From: Hormiphora californensis
Taxonomy: Eukaryota > Animalia > Ctenophora
NCBI GenBank assembly: GCA_020137815.1
Contig: CM035362.1
Location: 5,332,001-5,396,000, forward strand
DNA length: 64,000 nt
Direction of reading: 5' to 3'
Both the position numbers and the translations under genes were made by a program. Under the pieces are notes generated by a model that was not told where the DNA came from, searched no databases, and saw nothing but the letters and a program-made list of their open reading frames with translations. This document shows positions 1 to 37,387 of this stretch, piece after piece (position 1 is the first letter of the stretch; each line of letters opens with the position of its first letter).

Positions 1-1239
1 AGTTGGCAATAGCGCCAATCGTTAAAATGGTCATTTTTCTACGGGATCCCAAAATTTCATGTATATCCGATTTATGGTTAGATTTTGGCAAACTATTGAG
101 ATGTGCTTACTGAAAAAAGGATAACTTGATTTTCTCGTTTTTTTCGATTTTTTAACTTTTGACAGAATTCTGATTGAAATGGCCAATCAGGGCCATGCTA
201 AAGTTGTTTATGGGACAATTTTCGACCAAAATCCAAGATTTCATGCAAATCCAATGACAGATCATTGATTTATAGAAAGTTGAAATAGGCAAAAAAGGCC
301 AATTTTTACCATGAAAATAAAAATTCACATTTTTTCTGGTCAATTTCCGTCAACAACTGGTACCCTACCTATTTTTTAAATGATTGGAAAGCGGTCGAAA
401 TGCCATTTTTGGGCGGTTTTTTGGGCCTCCAAAAGATGGCATTTTGACCGCTTTCCAATCATTTAAGAGGATCCACTCCACCGGCAATCGATTCTACGTG
501 CAAAAATAGGTAGGGTACCAGTTGTTGACGGAAATTGACCAGAAAAAATGTGAATTTTTATTTTCATGGTAAAAATTGGCCTTTTTTGCCTATTTCAACT
601 TTCTATAAATCAATGATCTGTCATTGGATTTGCATGAAATCTTGGATTTTGGTCGAAAATTGTCCCATAAACAACTTTAGCATGGCCCTGATTGGCCATT
701 TCAATCAGAATTCTGTCAAAAGTTAAAAAATCGAAAAAAACGAGAAAATCAAGTTATCCTTTTTTCAGTAAGCACATCTCAATAGTTTGCCAAAATCTAA
801 CCATAAATCGGATATACATGAAATTTTGGGATCCCGTAGAAAAATGACCATTTTAACGATTGGCGCTATTGCCAACTTCCTATCCCAACGTTTTCAATGG
901 TTAAAGGGCCAAAAACCTCAAAAAAATGACAAAATTCCCATATTTGACAATTTTCCGGTCATTTTAGAGATTTCTCTCCACCGGCAATCGATTCCTCGTG
1001 CAAAAATAGGTCTTGTATACTTATTTTATGTCAATCAGATATTTTATCAAACGGCAGTCAAGTAAGTTATGCACAAATTTGGACCAAAAACCAGTTTTTT
1101 CGATTTTAACAAAAATTTCCCCCGATAACATATACTTTTCTCACCGTGGGGATGTTCAGGAAGGCCTCCTGGGTCACCCCCAGCAAAAGTTTGTTTTGCG
1201 GGCTCAACTTTAGGTTGACGATCCTTCTGGTGCACCGTG
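1..1239. mobile_element. Palindromic (foldback) non-autonomous DNA transposon, Chapaev/CMC-like; left end lies outside the window
   Basis: 1-~400 is the reverse complement of ~430-880. It ends ...cttctggtgcaccgtg at 1239, followed by tgta. Same family as the complete copy at 32331-33965. The left arm lacks ~40 bp at ~375 relative to the right arm. Confidence 0.85.
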
Positions 1240-1446
1240 TGTATGGATATTTAGTTTAGTATGATTTAATAAATCCTCACATAGTATCTCAAAACAGAAA
1301 AAAGAGAGGGGTATTGAATGTTTGTTAAAGGAAGGTTGCTTTGGCGAAAACGGGTATAAAGTAGGAAACGAGGCTACCTTATTACCGGAAAATAACGAAT
1401 ACTATGTGAGGATTTATTGAATCATACTAAACTAAATGTCCATACA
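1240..1446. mobile_element. Small inverted-repeat element (MITE-like) abutting the Chapaev-like end
   Basis: tgtatggatatttagtttagtatgatttaataaatcctcacatagta (1240-) is the near-perfect reverse complement of tactatgtgaggatttattgaatcatactaaactaaatgtccataca (~1400-1446). Confidence 0.6.
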
Positions 1447-1627
1447 GGGACACGGAGGGAAAACACTACAAAGGATCTAACTCTCATTCTTGTTCTCGCG
1501 AGTTTCAAAACAACGATGACACAATTATGATTAGGTTTAACCAGTATTCCAGTCTTAACAGCACACCCTATCTTGAAGGGTTCGTTGACTTTGCTCGGCC
1601 CACCGGAAATGATACTGTGGTAGGGAA

Positions 1628-21939
<20,312 letters not shown>

Positions 21940-22703
21940 GATCTGGCACGTCGAGAGAGAAGTGAGGCCTTCCTGAAACACTTTTGTCACCCGAGGAACA
22001 ATGTATAATAGCCATCACTGGGGTTTACCACGGCCATATATAATCTATGTTATAGTTCCCTAGATCTGCTTATTAGGGTTATAGTAAGTTAAAGACTGCG
22101 ATATAGAGGTATATGGAGAGAAGTTACCTATTATATTGGCTGGGCTATACTGCATCTATGAGGACTGTTAACCATTTCTACAGGGGGTCTTTCACGAAAC
22201 AGTTAGGACCGAAGTTAGGACCGGTCCCAGCGTAGTTAGGACCAAAATTTGCAATGTGGCTTTCACGAACGGCCAAAGTTAGGACCGTTTTTAGAGAGTT
22301 AGGACCGGTCCCAACTTTCGGTCCTAACTCCGGTCCCAGCGGTGTAATTCGACACATTAATTGCGTGATGCCCCACGTGACTACCTTTCCCGCGGTCCTA
22401 ACTATCAAAAAAGATCCCAACTCTCTAATTTGCGGTCCCAACTCCGGTCCCAACCACTAGGATTTTGGTCCTAACTCTCCCTAGAGTTAGGACAGGTAAA
22501 AGCTGTCCTAACTCTCATTTGGGACCAAAATGCGGTCCTAACTTTGACAGGTGAAGCCATAATGTGCATTCGAGCACCATGAGTGTACACTTTTATGGAA
22601 TCTCAGCCGCAGTTTTAATGAAAACAACACAACTTCCATTCCCAAGACAACCTCCGATTGTTTCAATCTTTATAAATTTAAAATTAACTATTTGTTAACT
22701 CCT

Positions 22704-27168
<4,465 letters not shown>

Positions 27169-27957
27169 TATGAAGGAATAGAGTGAGAGATAAAGAGAGA
27201 GATGAACAGGGAGAGAGGGTGAGACAGAGAGGGTGAGATAAAGATAGAAAAAGAGATGTAGAGAGAGAGGGAGAGGGAGAGAGAGACAGATAGGGAGAGA
27301 GATACAGAGAGTGAGATATGGAGGGAGAGAGTGAGAGAGAAAGAGAGATGAACAGGGAGAGAGGGTGAGATAGAGATAGAGATGTGTAAAGAGAGAGTTA
27401 GAGAGATGGCGAGGGAGGGAGAGACGGAGAGAGTGAGAGAGATAGAGAGAATACTGGTGTATTCATTGATATATGAATACTATTCATACACCAACTTGAC
27501 TGGAAATTCCACCTGCACCCTTCTGTTGAGAATGTCACGTGATCATGTTTATACTCGTGTCAGTCTACCTGATTCATAAATGGCTATTGGTGATCACGTG
27601 TTTGTTTACCTATTGGTTTTCAACACTCACATGGGTCACATGCGACTTTAGGACTGCGTGAGTTACGGTCCTAACTTCAGTTTCGTGAAAGCCAAAATAG
27701 AGAGCATTGGGATAATTACCCTCCCCGCCTACCCCCAACTTCTGTTCGTGAAAGCCATTTCAAAAAAGTCCTAGTGCAAAATCGGTCCCAAAAAAGTTAG
27801 GACCGAAGTGTTCGTGAAAGACCCCCTGATATCAAGGCATGAGAAAAAGTTGAGAAAACTGTGGTAGTGTACAATGTACAGTGTAATATACACTGTCAAA
27901 TGTGTATATATAATTGTGCACTGTGCAATAGTTACACTGTTATATAATGCTGCATTT

Positions 27958-28958
27958 TCGGAACGTGTTCGTCTAGTCATTGCGCATCGCGGGCTGCCCC
28001 GTCAGCCCTTCAAACCCGGGTGAACAAGCTAACAATAGTGCAATTACATGCGCACGATGTAGTATATCGCATGTAATTTCACTATAGTAGAGTCGATAAC
28101 TACATCGACCTCTCCCAATTGTTCCAGTTTTTGTCACATCTGTTTGGAGCCTCGACACGACCTCTAAACAGGTGTTACTTTTTCACAAACTGTTTTCATC
28201 TTGGTGTAATCAGCATTTGAAATGTTGCTGATCATAACAAAAACCTAACTATTTTTTTCCAACTTGGGGTAAAACCATGGGTGTCAAAAGTTAGCTCTAG
28301 GTCCCCTAAGTAACCATCCGGAGACTCTAAGAGATATTTCAAGCCGTTCTCCCGTAATCATTAATCCCGGTGGAGAAAAAAATACAATGCGGACGTACGT
28401 GAGCGCTGGCAGGCTGTTTACATGTTATTGTATGTCTCTCACTCTCTCTGGAAAAACCGCACGTGCGGTTGCGCCGCGCGAGATAACTCTTTCTCAAGGG
28501 GGAGAAAAGAGAGAGACGCACATTAACGTTATACATTAAAGTTGAGGTTGTAGGCAATTGCACGTACGTCCATACTCAAATATGTGCTCTACCGGGATTA
28601 ATGATTACAGGAGAACGGCTTGAAATATCTCTTAGAGTCTCCGGATGGTTACTCAGGGGACCTAGAGCTAACTTTTGACACCCATGGTTTTACCCCAAGT
28701 TGAAAAAAAATAGTTAGGTTTTTGTTATGATCAGCAACATTTCAAATGCTGATTACACCAAGATGAAAACAGTTTGTGAAAAAGTAACACCTGTTTAGAG
28801 GTCGTGTCGAGGCTCCAAACAGATGTGACAAAAACTGGAACAATTGGGAGAGGTCGATGTAGTTATCGACTCTACTACTATTGTTAGCTTGTTCACCCGG
28901 GTTTGGAGGGCTGGCGGGGCAGCCCGCGACGCGCGATGACTAGACGAACACGTTCCGA
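27958..28958. mobile_element. ~1-kb palindromic (foldback) element
   Basis: 27958-~28372 is the reverse complement of ~28590-28958. The left arm carries an extra ~45-bp hairpin at 28040-28085. Confidence 0.85.
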
Positions 28959-29585
28959 GAAAGGAGCATAAGAGACGCAGGTGATGCTTTGGTAATGAAA
29001 TCACCCCTCGACAGTAGGGACTGAGCAATGGGATCTCAAAATTTAATTCTGCCCTTAGCTTTATCGAATGTATTAAACAGCTTAATTTTAGTTAAATCTC
29101 CTTAGACAGGAAAGGGAAGTTAGGAAAAGTTTTAAAGCATTATAAACGATGATATAGAAAAATTATCCTGCGAGAGTTGGAGAGCTTGTTACAAAGAAAA
29201 GGGGCAAGTTTTCACTAAATTGATATATCTTGATCAGCTGACGATCTTAATTAATTTAGCGAAAGGATTGTTCTTCTTTCTTTTTCTTTGTAAATGAAAT
29301 GGTAGTGGGTACATTCTTCTTTTTCTGGAGGGTGCCAGGGGAAAACATCCCTCAAGGAACTATATCGCTAACGCAATATATGGTCTTATGAAGATCGTGA
29401 TATGTGGCCCCTCAAGGGGATATAATGGGTACATAGTAGAGCACATTATAAACTGTGTGATGGATAACGAATATCATATTATATGATCATGATATCAGCC
29501 ACAAAGATTTGTAAAAATTTATTTTGTTATGCCTTTTTTAACTCTTATTGTCTTCACACGCGAAAGAGAGAGAAAGAGAGAGAGA

Positions 29586-29660
29586 TTGTTATACCTATAC
29601 TAACTCCGCAGGTCCTCCGGAACCGGGCCCGGTGGATTTAACCCTGCTCTCGCAGAGAGC
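29586..29660 (+). mobile_element. Very short 3'-end copy of an element related to the RLE retrotransposon, inside a GA-rich tract
   Basis: attgttatacctatactaactccgcaggtcctccgg...ggatttaaccctgctc aligns with 26967-27048 (attgttctacctacctttactccgcaggccctccgg...ggatttaaccctgctc). Confidence 0.75.
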
Positions 29661-29923
29661 GAGAGACAGACAGAGACAGAGACAGAGACAGACTACGGAG
29701 ACAGACTACGGAGACAGACTACGGAGACAGACAGAAAGAGAGAGACAGAGAGAGATAACGGGGAGAGAAGACTTGTGTCTGTGTATGTGTGTCGCTGTAT
29801 CTTTCATGTGATTTTTGCGTGTTATTAATTGTGTATACACCATCAAAGAGAAAGAGAGAGAGATCATATTCTGTTAATTTATTGTCGCCAGAATGTTCCA
29901 AATCTTGTCCATCACTTCCATAT

Positions 29924-30264
29924 CAGGAACCGACCGAATTAGGAAGTACTGGTCCCTGATTGGCTGATAACCAGTCACGTGACCTAAATAACGAGGTCTG
30001 ATTGGTTGTTTACTTGGTTCGGTCGGTTCCTGACTCCCATATATATTCTCGATCTGTCTACAAAATATATGTTTAGCTTACACCCGAATCTGTTCGGGTG
30101 TAATCTGAACTCCTCAGACAAATAATTTAAACATGTTAAAGGCATCGCGAGAAAGCAGGAACCGACCGAATCAGGAAATACTGGTCCCTGATTGGCTGAT
30201 AACTAGTCACGTGACCTAAATAACGAGTTCTGATTGGTTGTTTACTTGTTTCGGTCGGTTCCTG
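29924..30264. mobile_element. Two ~109-bp hAT-type MITEs (29924-30032; 30156-30264, TSD cgagaaag)
   Basis: TIRs caggaaccgaccgaa/ttcggtcggttcctg; perfect 8-bp TSD on the second copy. Confidence 0.9.
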
Positions 30265-30654
30265 CGAGAAAGGATCAGATGGTGCAAGTTTGGAATATGA
30301 GTTTAATGGTTTTTAATTTCAAGAGAAAGAAGTTACTGCTGTTGTTTTTCGCACGTCCCATCCTAGATTTACTCAGAAAGGAGCATGGTATGGAAAGTAC
30401 ATAATATATTTAGGTTTCACTTCCGGGTTTTAATGTTCTATTATCTAAACGGAAGCAAGGCAACCCCACCCATCTTTTTATCTTTCTTTTGGACACGAAA
30501 TCGAGATGGAGTTAAGTCGGATTTTTTTGAAGTTGCCTTCTCAAGTTCACAAATATCACATGTGTGCGTTTGGGGGTGACAACTTCAAAAACCCCGACTT
30601 TAGCCCATGTTAATAATGTAGTCATTAATGTGCAGATGCGTGTGTGTGTGTGCG

Positions 30655-30722
<68 letters not shown>

Positions 30723-31774
30723 ATATTGATGGGAAATATACGCAAAAACAAAAGTGGGAATTCTCAATTCTGTTATATATCGCTTTCTTGAATCTATTGA
30801 TTTTCTTAACACCAATTCAATTGAACTTGTTTTTGTCTCATTAGTAAGAGGGGAAATTGCACAGGACAAAAAATTTCCCTGCCCGGGTGAAATACCGTTA
30901 ATTTCCTACAACGCAGGAAATTTATCCTCCCGGTAAATATGGGTCCGACCCCGGTCCGACTGTAGTTAGATAAGTAGATGCAGTCATGCATTCATTGTAG
31001 GACGAGAGTTATTTCTTTCTTTCTTCAACCGTCGATCGATTGGGTATACAAAAGGACTATAAAAGGAGCTATCTTTTTATTCTCTCTACCAAGAATCAGA
31101 AATTCATCATTTAATGAAATGTATGAAGCCTGGTAGTACCTGCGATGTCGTATTTAAGTCTGTGGGCGGCCATGTTCGTAACGCGCGAATACCTTTCCCT
31201 GGACATTACCAGCAGGACAAGGCGCGACAATGCGCGCGCCGAAAGCTCCGGGATTGGACCAGAACGATAACGAGATGGATTATCACTCTTACCAGAAATG
31301 AGTCTTAGAATAATTGTACCCGAATCTTAGGATGGTACCTGGGAAATTATGGCTCTATGGATAGGTTGCTCTGAGACCTAAAACCGTTTTCATGGCGGCG
31401 AGTGTGATAGTACCGCTGGTACTGTACCAGTCTGAACTCAGAAACACTTCCGCGCACAAGTCACGTGACTTTGCTGCTGAAAAGTCGTACTTTCATTGGA
31501 TTCCAAACCGCGCGCGTTCGTACAACATCAAAACTCACAACATTTCAAGTTCGAAAATGAAGTGTTTGACACAAAAACATACTCACAAAATATTATATAA
31601 AAGATAGCATACTATAATTAAATAATCCTCTTATCTTTTAAACTGCTTGAAAAACAACACTTGTCTATATAAAAACACCAAGCCCGCTATCACAATATCA
31701 GTTCTCTCGAATTATGCACAATGTTCTCCCTCTCTCATTTTGTTGTCCCACAAAAGACAAAAGTAACGTGACAA

Positions 31775-34700
31775 TCATTTTGCAGAACTTCCGCAAAACT
31801 CCAACACATTTCTAGAATCAACCGAAGTAATAAATTGCCTTGCAACTGAGCTGTAGAGGTGGGGAAGAAAGGAGAGGGAGTGCGTGTCTAGGATGTTTCC
31901 CCCACTTCCCTCTTCTGCGGGTTCAAGAGAGAGCTCGAGCCATCTTGATAAAACCTGTGTCGGGGGAGTGGAAATTACAATGGTGGTAAATAAAAAAACC
32001 TATTAAAATTTCAGGGTTAGATTAAAGTTCATTTTTGTTCAACTGTTCAGGGACAAACTTGCCTTGTTCGACCCTCCCTCCTAAAAAGGTTTGAACAAAA
32101 CAAGGACAAACTAGTGCACATTTCTGATTTTGTGTAAAAAGATACGATTTATTTTTGTGAACTTTATTACCAGTGCGGGGGTGGAACAGTATTTTCCAAA
32201 GAACAGAGACCCACCAAGGGATAGGATCGCTTTTTCCACTGTCATTCTGCAGCTGGGCTCAGGGGATACCAGATCTCCTATCAACGAAATGGCCTGGATT
32301 GGAGACGAACAAAGGGTATTACTAACTCTACACGGTGCACCAGAAGGATCGTCAACACAAAGTTGAGCCCACAAAACAAACTTTTGTTGGGGGTGACCCA
32401 GGAGGCCTTCCTGAACATCCCCACGGTGAGAAAAGTATATGTTATCGGGGGAAATTTTTGTTAAAATCCAATAAACTGGTTTTTGGTCCAAATTTGTGCA
32501 TAACTTACTTGACTGCCGTTTGATGAAATATCTGATTGACATAAAATAAGTATACAAGACCTATTTTTGCACGAGGAATCGATTGCCGGTGGAGAGAAAT
32601 CTCTAAAATGACCGGAAAATTGTCAAATATGGGAATTTTGTCATTTTTTGAGGTTTTTGGCCCTTTAACCATTGAAAACGTTGAGATAGGAAGTTGGCAA
32701 TAGCGCCAATCGTTAAAATGGTCATTTTTCTACGGGATCCCAAAATTTCATGTATATCCGAGTTATGGTTAGATTTTGGCAAACTATTGAGATGTGCTTA
32801 CTGAAAAAAGGATAACTTGATTTTCTCGTTTTTTGCGATTTTTTAACTTTTGACAGAATTCTGATTGAAATGGCCAATCAGGGCCTTGCTAAAGTTGTTT
32901 ATGGGACAATTTTCGACCAAAATCCAAGATTTCATGCAAATCCAATGACAGATCATTGATTTATAGAAAGTTGAAATAGGCAAAAAAGGCCAATTTTTAC
33001 CATGAAAATAAAAATTCACATTTTTTCTGGTCAATTTCCGTCAACAACTGGTACCCTACCTATTTTTGCACGTAGAATCGATTGCCGGTGGAGTGGATCC
33101 TCTTAAATGATTGGAAAGCGGTCGAAATGCCATTTTTGGGCGGTTTTTTGGGCCTCCAAAAAATGGCATTTCGACCGCTTTCCAATCATTTAAGAGGATC
33201 CACTCCACCGGCAATCGATTCTACGTGCAAAAATAGGTAGGGTACCAGTTGTTGACGGAAATTGACCAGAAAAAATGTGAATTTTTATTTTCATGGTAAA
33301 AATTGGCCTTTTTTGCCTATTTCAGCTTTCTATAAATCAATGATCTGTCATTGGATTTGCATGAAATCTTGGATTTTGGTCGAAAATTGTCCCATAAACA
33401 ACTTTAGCAAGGCCCTGATTGGCCATTTCAATCAGAATTCTGTCAAAAGTTAAAAAATCGCAAAAAACGAGAAAATCAAGTTATCCTTTTTTCAGTAAGC
33501 ACATCTCAATAGTTTGCCAAAATCTAACCATAACTCGGATATACATGAAATTTTGGGATCCCGTAGAAAAATGACCATTTTAACGATTGGCGCTATTGCC
33601 AACTTCCTATCTCAACGTTTTCAATGGTTAAAGGGCCAAAAACCTCAAAAAATGACAAAATTCCCATATTTGACAATTTTCCGGTCATTTTAGAGATTTC
33701 TCTCCACCGGCAATCGATTCCTCGTGCAAAAATAGGTCTTGTATACTTATTTTATGTCAATCAGATATTTCATCAAACGGCAGTCAAGTAAGTTATGCAC
33801 AAATTTGGACCAAAAACCAGTTTTTTCGATTTTAACAAAAATTTCCCCCGATAACATATACTTTTCTCACCGTGGGGATGTTCAGGAAGGCCTCCTGGGT
33901 CACCCCCAACAAAAGTTTGTTTTGTGGGCTCAACTTTGGGTTGACGATCCTTCTGGTGCACCGTGTCTAAAATGTATACAACCAAAGGGTAAAGAATCAT
34001 AAATTACAAAACAAATTGAATATACATCATATGTTTCAAGCATCCCATACATTACAACTAACAGATCTACAGACGGACCCCGATATATACCGGAACCCCG
34101 ATTTACCGGGCAAACCCTTTCCTCCGAGCATCCCGGTAAAACAGGGTCCTGGGTCCAATTGTATTCTAGAACTCACTTGATTGAGGTTCGGAACAGATGC
34201 AAGTTTACATGGACAATACAGTTGCCCCGTTCCATTAATTTCAACTAACCCAAACACAGACAAAATAGAGATAAACGCTCTTCCTGGACAAGAATATAAG
34301 TTGATATTAGCATTATTCGACATGGGCTAGGACATATTTTGATATTTCGTGGTCTAACACCACCTTCCGAGGGACTCACCTAGCGCGTACAGATCACTCG
34401 AATGATAGATATCTTTAAACGTGACATGTTCCTCGCCAGAAAAAGATCGGTGAGTTTCACTGATTTCAGGAGCCCAAGCATCAGGATTACCGGCTATGAT
34501 GTCGTTTCTTTCCCGGGGAACGTTAGGAGTCCCATCAGATGAGACAAGGGAGATCGCCCAACCAAAATCTATCACAATGACCTGGATCAAAATTGAATGA
34601 AAATTTGCATAACAATTCAGTGATTTTAGATAGCGATTCATTTTGGGTGAACCCCAAAATCTGAGAAAGGCAGTTCTTACAATACGTCATGATGTTTAGA

Positions 34701-36676
34701 TGTTTACAACACAAAATCGATTAATTAATTATAAATAAATTATTTTTTCAATTACCTGTCCAGTGTGTCGTAGCATTATATTATCAAGTTTGATATCCCT
34801 GTGAGCAATGTGATTTTCCTTGAGGTGTCGAAGGGCAAAAAGACATTGTAGGATTAGGAGGAGGACCACTTGGAGCTCTTTTTCAGCACGTTCTGAAACA
34901 ATGTGTTGCTAGGGAACAATGTGTTGCTAGGGAACAATGTGTTGCTTAGGAGCAATGTGTTGCTTAGGAATAATGTGTTGCTTAGGAACAATGTGTTGCT
35001 TAGGAACAATGTGTTGCTTAGGAACAAGGTGTTGCTTAGGAACAATGTGTTGCTTAGGAACAATGTGTTGCTTAGGAACAATGTGTTGCTTAGGAAAAAT
35101 GTGTTGCTTAGGAACAATGTGTTGCTTAGGAACAATGTGTTGCTTAGGAACAATGTGTTTCCTACTAAGCAATGCTACTAATGTGTTGCTTATTACCTGA
35201 GAGGTCTGAGCAACAATGAAATAGAGAAACCGAAGACAATCGAACAAAATTACCTATCGATCTCTCGACATTCTTGGCTTTTTCCTCGGAGAAGGCATTA
35301 ACAAAACTCCGTAAGCTAACAGGGTATTCAGGCATTGCCAGAAAGGAAGTTCTACTTGCCATCTCAACTGAGACATCTAGCCCTGGCGGGACCAGCAAAT
35401 GCAAATACCTGGAGAATACTAATTGTTAGTTAGCTAAACCCCTTGTTATGATTATTGGTAACCAATGGTTACTCCTGTATGGTTACTAGTGGTTACTAAT
35501 GGTTACTAGTGGTTACTATTGGTAACCAATGGTTACTCCTGTATGGTTACTAATGGTTACTAATACCGTTAATAACTCAGTAACTTACCCCTTATAAGGT
35601 GAAGTGGTTGCATGGTAACTGGTGGTAACTAATGGTAACTCACCCCTTATAAGGTGAAGTGGTTGCATGGTAACTAATGGTAACTTACCCCTTATAAGGT
35701 GAAGTGGTTGCATGGTAACTGGTGGTAACTAATGGTTACTCCTGTATGGTTACTAATGGTTACTAATGGTTACTAATATAACTCAGTAACTCACCCCTTG
35801 TAAGGTGAAGTGGTTGCATGGTAACTAGTGGTAACTAATGGTAACTCACCCCTTATAAGGTGAAGTGGTTGCATGGTAACTAATGGTAACTTACCCCTTA
35901 TAAGGTGAAGTGGTTGCATGGTAACTGGTGGTAACTAATGGTAACTCACCCCTTATAAGGTGAAGTGGTTGCATGGTAACTATGTACCACACGAACTATA
36001 TTCGGATGAACGGGGAGGGATATTGGGACAGTGTGCTCCGCACTAAACTGCTTACACAAGTACTCCGTTCCACTTTGACCCGTATCGTGGTCGCTCTCGT
36101 TAAGCAGATTTATCTGAGGGTGATTTTTAATTGATCTAGTAGGAACCGACCGAATCAGGAAATACTGGTCCCTGATTGGCTGATAACCAGTCACATGACC
36201 TAAATAACGAGTTCTGATTGGTTGTTTACTTGTGTCGGTCGGTTCCTGTTGTGTTATTAAGTAACGAAAAAGTAATTTTTCGGCTAAGTTTTTAGTTATC
36301 TCAATTTATCCTCGGCCCAAAACAGCCATAAAACAGTCTCTCTCTCGGCCTATATTATTGACAGTATTTTACTGGGCGGCACCGTTCCTAATTTACTGGT
36401 CAAAACCATTTCCCTTAACCATCCTGATAAATCGGAATCCGACTGTATATAAATTCCCTTGTTAAATGTTCTAACCCTTCTCGCGAAAAGGGGGGGTCAA
36501 GCTAGGCGAAAATCCTCACCATCATTTTCAGAACAAGAGGACCATGGATATGGTGAAGAATCCTAAATACCAACGAGCAGCTACCTTCTCTATCGTTAAG
36601 AGATGGCACGTTTAGGGGAGTAGAGGATAACAATACATAGTCCATTTCGTAGACCCACTCTTGATCAAGTGAATCT
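31775..36676 (-). CDS. PINK1-like Ser/Thr protein kinase domain with C-terminal extension (multi-exon; N-terminal linkage unresolved)
   Basis: Exons read EGSCSLVF..GPLVLKMM|INLL..LPVHPNIV, SFLAMPEYPVSL, LILQCLFALRHLKENHIAHRDIKLDNIML, VIDFGW..AGNPDAWAPEI..SDLYALG, LVSPEPSCRMTVEKA and LSRWLE..ARQFITSV. The KMMxN, FLxMxxYPxxL and GNxxxxAPE motifs are PINK1-like. Confidence 0.85.
32331..33965. mobile_element. Complete 1635-bp palindromic Chapaev/CMC-like non-autonomous transposon in a kinase intron
   Basis: Termini CACGGTGCACCAGAAGGATCG / CGATCCTTCTGGTGCACCGTG. The ~810-bp arms surround a ~20-bp loop at ~33140-33155. 4-bp TSD tcta at 32327-32330 and 33966-33969. Confidence 0.9.
34897..35198. repeat. 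18-bp minisatellite (aacaatgtgttgcttagg)n, intronic
   Basis: ~15 units between two in-phase kinase exons. Confidence 0.95.
35455..35981. repeat. Tandem duplications of a kinase exon end plus its splice donor, interleaved with ggttacta/ggtaacta repeats
   Basis: ct(t/c)accccttataaggtgaagtggttgcatggtaact occurs 7 times; the last copy is the real exon end. Confidence 0.9.
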
Positions 36677-36889
36677 GTAGAATTAGGGAATTAGAGGTAG
36701 TAGAAAAGATATGCAAGGCATTATAACAGGAGGGGATCATGACTGATATAAGTTACAATGTAATGATGTTAGTAAGGGTGCAGGAACCGACCGAATAAGG
36801 AAATACTGGTCCCTGATTGGCTGATAACCAGTCACGTGACCTAAATAGCGAGCTCTGATTGGTTGTTTACTTGGTTCGGTCGGTTCCTG
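36140..36889. mobile_element. Two ~109-bp hAT-type MITEs (36140-36248; 36781-36889, TSD taagggtg)
   Basis: Family match, with an 8-bp TSD on the second copy. Confidence 0.9.
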
Positions 36890-37387
36890 TAAGGGTGGCA
36901 AGGTGTACGAGACCCCTCCCCCCTCGTGTCATTTTTGGTTCGTGGACTCCCCTACTAAACCCCGGTGCGAATTGTTCGTCAATATAGCAATGTAATTGAT
37001 ATCACTTTTACAACAATTATAGCACCCTCACTAGAGTTAGTTGAAATGTGACAAAAAACTCTGAAAATATGAAATTTCTTTGTGGGCTCCACCTATTTTC
37101 TCAATTTTCGCTGCTGCCGCTAATTTCACCGAATCCCATTCTTCCAGCATCTCTCGCGCGCCATAGGGTGATATTTTAGGGTGATATAAACCAAGCGCGT
37201 ATCAATGCATTGCTGATGCATTGGAAAATATCACCCTGTTCTTTCACCCATTCTCCCTTTCCAGGTAAAGCATCCCCGACAAAATATATGTTTTGTAGCT
37301 ACTCAAAGCATGTTTCTAAGCCGCTGGATTGCCTGTAAAAGATCAGTTTAGTAACTAAACTCTCTATACTAACACACACACACTTAC

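Noticed and set aside
152-726. Identical 63-aa ORFs on opposite strands (also at 32843/33262 and the pairs at 15614-17858)
   Set aside because: Consequence of palindromic transposon arms; no domain features.
29600-29650. taactccgc resembling the start of a twister ribozyme
   Set aside because: The remaining twister elements could not be placed; better explained as the retrotransposon 3' stem-loop.
34854-35247. Repeat ORFs (LFLSNT, NNVLLR, MCCLGT) and a CRISPR-like look
   Set aside because: 18-bp head-to-tail minisatellite without spacers, inside a phase-consistent intron of a eukaryotic gene.
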